A program made the position numbers and the translations under genes. A stretch of DNA of 64,000 bases from Octopus vulgaris. Lineage: Eukaryota. Location of the stretch: NCBI GenBank assembly GCA_951406725.2, contig OX597827.1, forward strand, positions 39,432,001-39,496,000, written 5' to 3'. A model generated the notes under the pieces. The model did no database searches and was not told where the DNA came from. It saw only the letters and a program-made list of their open reading frames with translations. Shown piece after piece: positions 53,173-64,000 of this stretch; position 1 is the first letter of the stretch, and the number at the start of each line of letters is the position of its first letter.

Positions 53173-54579
53173 TATATTCACAAATACATATATGCGCTCC
53201 AACATGCTACAATGGACCAAACCAAACTTATTTTAATTTCATCCATTTAGTTTCACACCATATTTTTCAATTGATGAACTAAATTCTGCCCAGGATTTAC
53301 TGCAAGAAAATTATTACAATGATCTGGTCACTAATTTCCATTTACAGTCAAGTGGCTTAAGCATGTGCAGTTAAGTGTCTTGCTTAAGGGCTGTACACTT
53401 AAGGACTCCACACTCCATGCACTTGACAGGCATTTAGTGTCGAGTGTATTTGTGTGTTATGTGAATATATTTTTATTTCAGTGTGCATACATGTATTTGC
53501 GTGAGGGTGTGTTTGTAAATGTATGTATTTTTAAGTATGTGAATATATTTGTCTGTATGTACATGTGTATTTTGTAGGTAGTTTCTGTTTGTTTTAATTT
53601 GCCAAGAATAACACAGCCAATTTTTCATTGAGAAGAATTTGGAATAATAGTAACGAAGAATCATGACATAATATTGTGAAACAGAATTACTGAAAATATA
53701 AAAATGATGAATGGAACAAAAATATAAAGTCAATACAAAACAAAATATATAAAATAAAAGGAATATAAAGAATTGAAAACAAGAAGAGAATAACCAAAGC
53801 AAAAAAAACAAAAAAACTTTGAAAGTTGGAAAATTATGACATTCTGGATTCTTGGTTTTTGTTGTTGTTGTTGTTGTTGCTGTTGCTGCCTTTGTATTAT
53901 AAAAGAGAATTAGAAATATTTTCTTAGTTTCCAAGACATTTGGGGAAAGTTTTGTTGGAAAAAAAATCATTACTACAACATCCACCTCTTCCATCATCAG
54001 CATAAAAAAAAAACAAAAACAAAAAAAATACAGAAGCTAAAACAAGAGTAAGAAGGTAAGATGCTTTGATATTTAATTATTGATTTCTTGTGATTTGATT
54101 TTTTAAAGAAAAATAACTATTTTTATAACTATTTTATGGAAACTTCTGATCATCATCATCATCATTGTCATTGTCATCATTGTCGTTATTGTTGTCGTTA
54201 TCATATGTCTGTGTGCATGTGTGTGTGTGTCTTTGGTGTCTTTGTGTCTGTGTTTGTTCCCCCATCACCCACTGACAACCAATGTTGGATTGTTTACATC
54301 CCCGTAATGTAGTGGTTCAGCAATAGAGACCAATAGAATAAGTACTAGGCTTAAAAAATATGTTATTGGGTTGATTTGCTTGACTAAAACCCTTCAAAGT
54401 GGTGCTCTAGCATGGCCGCAGTCAAATGACTGACATAAGTAAAATAATAAAAAAAATAGCAAAATATATATATATATATATATCTTCTCTCTCTTTCACT
54501 CAGTGCCAACACACAAAACTCTTGTACTTTGGGTTCCTCTTTTACTTCTGCAAAATATTATTAAAAAATAAAAATATAA

Positions 54580-54960
54580 ATCATCATCATCATCGTTTAA
54601 CATTCGTTTTCCAGGCTGGCACAGGTTGGACGTTTCAACTGGGGTCTGGGGAGCCAGGAGGCTGCACCAGGCTCCAGTCTGATCTGGCAGTATTTCTACA
54701 GCTGTATGCCCTTCCTATCGCCAACTGTTCTGAGAGTGTAGAAGGTGCTTTTTTTACATGCCACCGGCATGGGCCAGAGCAGGCTGGCATTGACCACAGT
54801 TGGATGGTGCTTTTTAAGTTTCACCGGCACAGGAGCCATTTGAGGCGGCGCTGGCATCGGCCATGTTCGGATGGTGCTTTTTATGTGCTGCCAGCACGGG
54901 GACCACAATTAATTTCCATTTGACTGTGATTTGATTTGATTTGATTTTGATTTTGAGTTC
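54580..54960 (-). mobile_element. RTE-type LINE 3' UTR
   Basis: Same family as 10385-10675. Confidence 0.7.
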
Positions 54961-55500
54961 TATCTTTCCTATTTTCATCAACATACCTGTATATATATAT
55001 GTGTGTGTGTGTGTAGAAAATTATTGTTGACAGCAGTTTGCAATGTTTCACCAAAAAGGAAAACTATACTCATCACTAAATGTGACTAGGGTGTTAGAGA
55101 CACCTACATTGCTAGAAATAAGAGCTAAAATGCACTAATGCTGTAGTAGTGAAAGTACATAATTGTATACATATATACTGACAGGGACAGTAATCTTTTG
55201 CAAACACCGTTATATATATATATATAGAAGTTATGAAGAATTTATGTCAAGATGACTCAAACTAACAGGCATGCATTCTGAGTGCTCAAATAGGTGTACC
55301 ACCAAAATTCCAGTTGGAACAGTTGTGTGAATGTCCTGTTCAAAAACGGCTAAGTAGGTATAGGTTAAAGTAGTGAGGGAAGGCAAATGATTAGTCAAGG
55401 CAGGACATGGACAAATGATTTCATTTAATTCAATTAAAAAATTTTACTACATATCAAATGGTAAAGATAGTACAAACTGGTAAAGCTACTATCTTTAACC

Positions 55501-55556
<56 letters not shown>

Positions 55557-56360
55557 GGCGCAAGTGTGGCTGTGTGGAAAATAGCTTGCTTACGAACCGC
55601 ATACTTCCGAATTCAGTCCCACTGCATGGCACCTTGCACAAGTGTCTTGTATATGTCTATTGAATTTGATAATGCCAATTTTCTCCTTCAATTGTGAATC
55701 CTGTGATGATTGTACTTATTAAAGAGAAACAACAGTAGTAGTGGGCACAACCACATGGGGAGTGGAGAAGAACAACTGCTTCTACCTATATTGCCAAAGG
55801 CCTTAGTCACTTGTCACTGCCTCTGTGAAGCCCGAAGTTTGAAGGTTGCTTTTTACATGCTACCAGTACAGGTGCTAGTTATGTGACACTAAGTTTGGTA
55901 TCTGTCCAGAGATAGTATTTCTTCTAAACTCAGTGTTTAAAATCAAAAACCACCCAGTAGCACAGGTGACATTGCTAAATGTGCATTTCTGTGTCTTTGG
56001 GCTTTGTCAATAGCACATGTTAGTGGCAACCTCATGCTAAGACAAAATCTGTGGTTACTCAAACATTTGTGCTTTTTAACAGTGTAAATCAATAAGAGAA
56101 ACTATCTTGGGACAACTATCAATAGTTCTGATGACTTGTCAAAAGCACCCATGCTGTAAAGTACATTATGTAGAGTGGTTGGCATTAGGAAAGACATTCA
56201 ACCATAGAAACCATGCCAAGGCAAATACTGGAACCTGAAGCAGTCCTCAGACATACCTGATACTGTTAAACCATACAACCCATGTCAGCGTGGAACATGA
56301 ATGTTAAATGAGGATATACATACAAACATACATACATACATACATACATACATACATACA

Positions 56361-56391
<31 letters not shown>

Positions 56392-56404
56392 GTATGTATG
56401 TATG

Positions 56405-56436
<32 letters not shown>

Positions 56437-57059
56437 CACTATTCATTGTAAATGTTACCAATCATCCCCCATACATTTCACATTATATCCCTACTACTGT
56501 CCTTTATCACCTCCTCCTCTTCCTCCTTTTTCCTTTGCTTCCCCTCCCACAAAACTGACCACCTCAATCCCCACCTCTAATTATGTCACCCTCTTTGCAC
56601 TTACCTAGCCAACCACTTTTTCTGTTCCTCTGTCCCTATTTCTTCTCTCATAGTTATCTTGTATCTTGAGATTATGCTCTCTCTCTCTTTTCAGCTGGGG
56701 AAGCCACATTGTCACTTCTTCAGCAAGACACTTGTTTCTATCCTTCTTCACATCCCTCAGTAGTATATCCTACACAGTTCAGGAGTCATGTCTCATGACT
56801 ATTTGGTGACCTCTCATGAGCTGGTGCCATGAAAAAAGCACCCTGTGTAGTCCATAAAATGGTTGGCAGAAAAAAACGGATAAAGTCACTGAGAAAGTCT
56901 AAGTTTGTGACAGGATAATTAAGTCTTGTGTAATTTTAAACAAGACCTCACCAACAGTATATCCACTGATGCATTACATTCAGAAGTGACAGATAAACAA
57001 ATGGACTGTATCTATGAGATCCTCTTGTCAAATGCCATCATAACTGATGAAAGTAACCT

Positions 57060-58330
57060 TGACATAAGAGCTGGTTATTTTAATGGACATGTTAGTTAAT
57101 TCCATTGTACATGGAAACTATATGATAGTACAAGGAATGATGAAGGATCAAGAGGAGTTTAAGACTGGTTTCAGTGAGAACCTGTGCATACTGCAGACCA
57201 AGTTCTTAAAGTTGAATCAGTTGAAGAATTAGAGAACAGATTCCAAGTGTAGAAGAAAGCTTAGAATCAAGAAGTCATAAAGTAAACCTAGCAATGACAA
57301 ATGATTTAGTTTACAGGAAAGAAGTAGGAAAGGAATTTCATACTGTGTAAGCAGTGTAAATTATAAGTGCACAAGAGGGATAGTGGAACACAAACAGGTA
57401 ACAAACGAGGATTTTGAATCGGTTTTCCGTTTATATAGTTTCCATCGTGAGCCTCATTGTGATCTTGCGCATAGCAAATGGATGCAGGTGAGGTCTCACT
57501 CCAGTCTCGGAGATGGCTATGGCTGCCACGAGATCTCATCTAATATGGCACTAGCTGCTTGTGCCGCTACACATGTTATTATACGATAATAATAATGTTT
57601 GTCCGTTGTTGTTGATAATGACCAAAGACATCACATGGAAGAAGAAGATGGGTCACAGTGTGTCCAACTGTGGCTGATCAGTCCAATGTGTGCTAGGAAG
57701 GTTCTGCTGCTGGTTGAGCATGTGTAGTTTGCTAAGAATGAAGGCAAGGAATTAGTTCTGGACTTGTGCAGCTCGTATTTTTTCTTTTTGCTCCTGTGAT
57801 CCTATTCTGTTTGTGGTGTACCTATGCCAGGAAGGGTAGTCCTGTGCTTGATTTCCAAGAAATATAAGTAATTAGTGTTAAGAGCAGCCCTAAAATAACT
57901 TTTTCCAATGCTTGAAGAAATCCCATGAAGCAGTTGGTAACTTTAGCAACTTAGTTAACCAAATTAGCAGTGGAGGAGAGTGTTCTAAAAGTATAGAACC
58001 CAATGTAAAAGTAGGGTGGAAAAAGTTCAAGGATCTATTAGATCTGCTGTCAATAAAGTTATTTCCCTTCAAGTGAAGGGTAGATTATCATATAAAGCAT
58101 TTGTATGAAGTGTTGTGTTACATGATAGCACATTAGCCTTGAATGAAGTGGATGAGTAAAAAATGGGGGAAAAAATCAGGTGAGTATAGTCTGTAGGACT
58201 TGTAATGCTAGTTGTATGAATGATGGAACCTGAATGAGTTTGGAGGAAAACTGGCTTTGATAGAGTAGAGAAAATGAAGTAGAGTAAATATCAGTATGGA
58301 TGGAGGGAAACGGTGAGGAAAAAACAATAA
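57060..58330 (+). mobile_element. Highly decayed RTE LINE RT region with a nested insertion
   Basis: Near 57185-57300: (Y)ADQVLKVESVEELENRFQV*..LESRSHKVNLAMT; near 58020-58160: KFKDLL..SLQVKGRL(Y)..V*SVVLH. Confidence 0.65.
57590..57860 (-). mobile_element. BovB-like RTE 3' end nested in the previous LINE
   Basis: Minus strand RTFLAHIGLISHSWTH resembles the BovB-clade C-terminal zinc finger R(T)FxARIGLxSHxRTH. Confidence 0.6.
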
Positions 58331-59332
58331 TGGAAATGAGAGGAGCTAGAAAACTACAAGAAGGATCTACAATTTGTAAAATTGGAGGGGAAAAAGAAGT
58401 AAAAGAAACATAAATTATCTTGTGTATTGAAATAGTATAAGATAGAATGTAATTAAGAAACTGTGAAGATATCTATATGCTTAATAAAAGTGTATATGTA
58501 AAAAACAGATGTATATACTGATAGACACTGATGCATATATTTACATACATATCCATATAAACACACATGTATGCATGCATGCACACATACACACACACAT
58601 ATATTTGTGCATACTTACATATGTTTATGCATATATATACATACATAAATATGTATGCGTAAATGTATATATAATCACATACAAATATATATATGTATGT
58701 ATGTGAGTGTGTGTGTATATATATATATATATATAATATACACATATATGTGTGTGTGTGTGTATGTTTGTGTGTACTTATATATATACATATATATATA
58801 TACACACACACACACATACACACACACACATTTATTTGTTTATATGTATGTATTCAGTAACTAATTTAGATATCATAAGGCCCTAAGCTATATAGAGCAT
58901 GAAGTCCCTTTACTTAAAACTCGACCCCGAAGGTCTCACAAAAATTGAAAACTTATATGCCTTTTAATTATCTCTGAGGCTCAAATGGATTGTGAGGGCT
59001 TATGGGGTAGCATGTTTAGCTTATGTCTACACCCTGCACTGAGTATATACTTAGATGTAGATATTTAAGTGTACTCAAGTGTATGCACAGATGTATATAC
59101 AGATAGGAGTTTATACAAAAACTAGTCAGAAGAAACATTTATACATTTATTATTTCTGTAATAATAAATGTATAAAGGTGGAGATGTATAAGCTGTATAA
59201 ATGTATATACCTGTACATAACAGGTATACATACATACATACATGCATACATACATACATACATACATACATACATACATACATACAAACATACATACATA
59301 CATACATACGTACGTACATATATACACATACA

Positions 59333-59366
<34 letters not shown>

Positions 59367-59419
59367 CATACATGCATACATACATACATACATACATACA
59401 TACATACATACATACATGA

Positions 59420-59797
59420 TGGCACTCTGTCGGTTAAGATGATGAGGGTTCCAGGTGATCTGATCAATGGAACAGCCTGCTCGTGAAATTAATGTGTAAG
59501 TGGCTGAGCACTCCACAGACATGTGTACCCTTAACGTAGTTCTCGTGGAGATTCAACGTGACACAGAGTGTGACAAGACTGGCCCTTTGAAATACAGGTA
59601 CAACAGAAACAGGAAGAAAGAGTGAGTGAAAGTTGTGGTGAAAGAATACAGCAGGGTTCACCACCACCCCCTGCCGGTGCCTCATGAAGCTTTAGGTGTT
59701 TTCGCTCAATAAACATTCACAACACCCGATCTGGGAGTTGAAACCACGATCCTAAGACCGCAAGTCCGTTGCCCTAACCACTGGGCCATTGCACCTC
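59420..59797 (-). mobile_element. tRNA-derived SINE family B (long form)
   Basis: Reverse complement of 11117-11430. Confidence 0.8.
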
Positions 59798-60399
59798 TAC
59801 AACATACATACATATATACATACATACATTTTTAACTGAAGTTGAAAGCTTGTCTTGCAACTTTGAGTTTCACACCCCAGTGATTTTCAGGTGAGACAAT
59901 TTAATAAAATCTATATATATGTATGTTTGTGTGTGTTTGGTGTACCGTGACACTAGTCAACTATATCTGGGAAATATGAGACTAGAATATTGACCACAAC
60001 AGCAAATGCAGGTCCTTGTTAAGACTGATAGAATACATCAATGGATCAATGAAATGCATACTTTATCTAACAGAAAGAACACATTTTATTCAGATTAAAA
60101 CTTGGGAAACTGTCTTAACATCAAAAATGAGATCTGCACCAAATGTCTCCTCACCTGTTAGAGTGCTCTGTCTTATTATGTCCATCATCATCAGACAAGT
60201 CTTATCACACTCCTTTGGTCTTATGTTTTTACTTCATTCACAGCTTTGGGTTGGTTGACCAATGCCTTGTAAGTGGATTTGAAATTCAGACAATGGGAGT
60301 TGTATGGAAGTCTTTTGTATCAATCTGTTCATCCATTTACTCATCCATCCATCCAACCTGTCACCCACCCACTTACCCACTTATCCAACTAGCCAACAA

Positions 60400-60890
<491 letters not shown>

Positions 60891-61074
60891 ATATGCTTAT
60901 TCTCTGTACAACATATTGAGTTCTCTTTTCTCTCATTCAAAGAGACAAACATTTAATAAATATGTGTGTGAGTGTGAGTGTGTGTTTGTGTATATGTGTG
61001 TTTCACTGATGAATATCACTAAAAGATATTAATATCAATGAGAAAACTGAAAAACATCTCTGCTTTCAAATCTC

Positions 61075-61490
61075 TCTTTACTCTTTTACTTGTTTCAGTC
61101 ATTTGACTGTGGCCATGCTGGAGCACCGCCTTGTAGTCAAACAAATCGACCCCAGGACTTATTCTCTTGTAAGCCTAGTACTTATTCTATCAAGCTCTTT
61201 GCTGAACCGCTAAGTTACAGGGACGTAAACACACCAGCATCAGTTGTGAAGCGATGTTGGGGGGACAAACACAGACACGCAAACATATACACACACACAT
61301 ACATATATATGTATATACATATATACGACAGGCTTCTTTCAGTTTCCATCTACCAAATCCACTCACAAGGCTTTGGTTGGCCTGAGGCTATAGTAGAAGA
61401 TATTTGCCCCAGGTGCCACGCAGTGGAACTGAACCCAGAACCATGTGGTTCATAAGCAAGCTACTTATCACACAGCTACTCCTATGCCTA
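61075..61490 (-). mobile_element. SINE family C, inverted relative to 60400
   Basis: Reverse complement of the same family. Confidence 0.8.
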
Positions 61491-62041
61491 GAGATAAAAA
61501 TTTTTAAAAAGTGTGATATTTGTTCCTCCTAACTGACACTTCCTTACTGTTGCTTCTGTCAGAAACATAAGGAACCCAAATGGAAAAGCCTGCAACTGGA
61601 AACCAGCTATAAAAAATAAACTAATAAGCAACAACTACATCAGTCCCAAGTGATACTTTTATTTGTTGTTAATTTGCAATTATATACAGTTATATTTTAA
61701 GACATTTAGTCCAACACTACTATGTCAGCTTTGTTACAATTTGATCTGAATGACATGTGGCATATTGCCCACTTATTTCAGGCTCCATGACATCTTAATG
61801 GGGAAGGTGCAGCATCCTGAGGTGTGTCTTCACTACTTCTCCTCTCATGTCTTCTTCAGTCTCCTCCTTTTCCTTGAGGCTAGTAGTGATGGTGATGGTA
61901 TTGGCAGTGGTGGTAGTTTTAGTGTAATTTTATGCTTGTTTTATTTGATAGGGTGAGAATTCTTGTACACGGGGTTTGCTCTCTGAATCTTTATGGGTCC
62001 GCTTTGAGCTCTCTCTCTCTCTCTCTTGTACGCTAATTATT

Positions 62042-62250
62042 AATGGTTTCAAATTTTGGCACAAGGCCAGCAATTTCGGGAAGCAGGGTAAGTCAATTAC
62101 ATCAACCCCAGTGTTCAACTGGTACTTATTTTATCGACTCCAAAAGGATGAACAACAAAATTGACCTTGGTGGAATTTGAACACAGAATATAAAAAAAGA
62201 TGAAATACCACTAAGCATTTTTCCCTAGAGTGATAACATTTCTGTCAGCT
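62042..62250 (-). mobile_element. SINE family A
   Basis: tggtttcaaattttggcacaaggcc...ccccagtgttcaactggtacttattttatcgac. Confidence 0.75.
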
Positions 62251-62430
62251 TTTGTTCATTAATTTTTAATGGATATGTAATTACATTTGTTGGCTAACCT
62301 ACAGAAAATTGCAAGAAAAAATTCCCTCACACATGCATCAGATGCATCAACAAAATTATAGAAATGATACACACAGCATTTTAGATGAACCAAATGCTCT
62401 TGGTCATAGAATGGATGAATATATCATTAA

Positions 62431-62886
62431 CCTTCTTTCTACCATAATTCACTGCATCAGTTTCTTTTAATTTAAAACTAATAAAGAATTTAGTGAAATA
62501 ACATTGTGGTTATCAATCTGGAGTTTGGAACATAAATTACTTTGAAATTCTGATGGAAGGATTTAATTTAGGCCATTTTAAATCAGTAGTTCTCAATAAT
62601 TTTTTTCTACTTATGGAACACTTTTATTCCTATTTTACTCTGATGGACCCTCATAGCCATTTGATGTCTAAAAACTCCTGTTATATTTTTATGATTAAAT
62701 ATTATTAAGAATTGTATTAAAAAAATGTTTGACTATTTTGTATATTGTAGAAATATAACCAGTTTATTGCACCTAAATTTTAACAACAGAATCTTATATG
62801 GATCCCCACCCACAAGAACAATATCGAGAACCACTGTTTTAAATCATAGAACAAAGTGTGGTCTCAGGTTGATTGGTATTAATGGG
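62431..62886. mobile_element. piggyBac-like MITE (TTAA TSD) hosting a nested hAT MITE
   Basis: ttaa|cc... and ...ggg|ttaa; the TIRs are degenerate. Confidence 0.5.
62584..62836. mobile_element. hAT/Charlie-like MITE with 8-bp TSD ttttaaat
   Basis: TIR cagtagttctc / gagaaccactg; TSD at 62576-62583 and 62837-62844. Confidence 0.85.
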
Positions 62887-63589
62887 TTAAAGAAGTAGTA
62901 AAATAATCTATATCTATAAAACAGTCCTTGGATGAAAATTGTATGCACATTTTGCTTTGATGGTTAATGGCGGCCAAACTGAGGATAGAATCAAGCTGAA
63001 AATTGGCAGGGATACTAAATGCTTGGTGAGGATGAGACCCGTGATGGTTAAAATTTGCAAGCTATAAAGATGTGGTTGCTATGGCAAAAAGAGTAATTTT
63101 TTATCGATTCAAGGGGGCCCAGAACCCCTCTAGGTTTGTGCGATTGGATTTTAATGCCCAGTGGCATGCACTGCAGGCTGTTGTGCTTAATAAACATACA
63201 TTTAGTCATGAAATTCTGGCTACTAGGAAACGATTTTTCATTGTGAAAAAACGAGTGCTTTTTGCCCTCATTTTCTTTTTAATTTTTAATAAAATTTTCG
63301 TTTTTTTTTAAATTCCTCATCTTTAAAATGTTGCCTGAGTAGACCCAAATGAAATCAGGTTATAATGCTAGTATAAAATATATCTGACCTGAATCACAAA
63401 TGAACAGTTAGAATGAATTATAGAATCATCAGAATTAAAAACCTTTTCAGCACCTTATCACAAACTTACCAGCCACAGAGCAAACTCCAGAAAAACAATA
63501 TAATACACAAATGTCAAAGTAATCATGAGAGTTGTAAACATTATGACTCAAACTGTTACATTTTCTCGTTAGCTGACCCTGTACTTGGT

Positions 63590-63825
63590 TAGTTCACATT
63601 AATCCCACAAGGAATATCGGATTGGTTTCCTGGTTGCTCTGGTGTATATATTCCTCTCTGGGTGGGGCGCTGGTCTGTTGCAGGATTACTTATTTTTACC
63701 AGCTGAGAAGATTGGAGCAGTGTGAAATGAAGTGTTTTGCTTAAGAACACAATATATCACCTAGTTCAGGAGTCAAAACCACAATCTTACAATCTTACAC
63801 TCTAACCTCTAAGCCATGTGCCACC
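63590..63825 (-). mobile_element. tRNA-derived SINE, decayed
   Basis: gtgaaatgaagtgttttgcttaagaacacaa...taacctctaagccatgtgcc. Confidence 0.6.
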
Positions 63826-64000
63826 ATTGTATTTGTAGCATTATTATTCAAAACACAAAACTAGTTTTAAAAAATATTAGCCAGATAACACTATCTCCTA
63901 AGATTTAAGGAAAAGAAAATGAACTAAGATAGCATTGTTAATAGAGAAATACAAACAAAAAATCAATACACAGATTCAAAACATAGGAAGTATAACAACA

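Noticed and set aside
61006-61035. CTGATGA followed by the stem atatc/gatat
   Set aside because: The stem is followed by TAAT rather than GAAA.

Overview
AT-rich, repeat-dense eukaryotic DNA, most likely an octopus (coleoid cephalopod) intronic/intergenic region, judged from its SINE and RTE-tail families and the very high (TA)n/(CA)n/(TACA)n/(GATA)n content. No host protein-coding exon could be supported, and nearly all ORFs in the track are microsatellite artefacts. The main element is a near-full-length but disrupted Penelope-like retroelement (RT + GIY-YIG, Naiad-like) at 2493-6050 (-), with direct pseudo-LTRs that each carry a hammerhead ribozyme (HHR). At least nine minimal HHR motifs from about six sequence families are scattered through the window. 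Several show compensatory base changes (U3-A8 core, stem II A-U/G-C, stem III C-G/A-U), and several sit in small fold-back units bounded by (TA)n. Also present: two decayed mariner elements, RTE/CR1 LINE remnants, a non-autonomous Helitron, MITEs with 8-bp or TTAA TSDs, three tRNA-SINE families and a perfect 272-bp palindrome. All alignments and folds were done by eye; no database search was run, and ends of decayed repeats are approximate.
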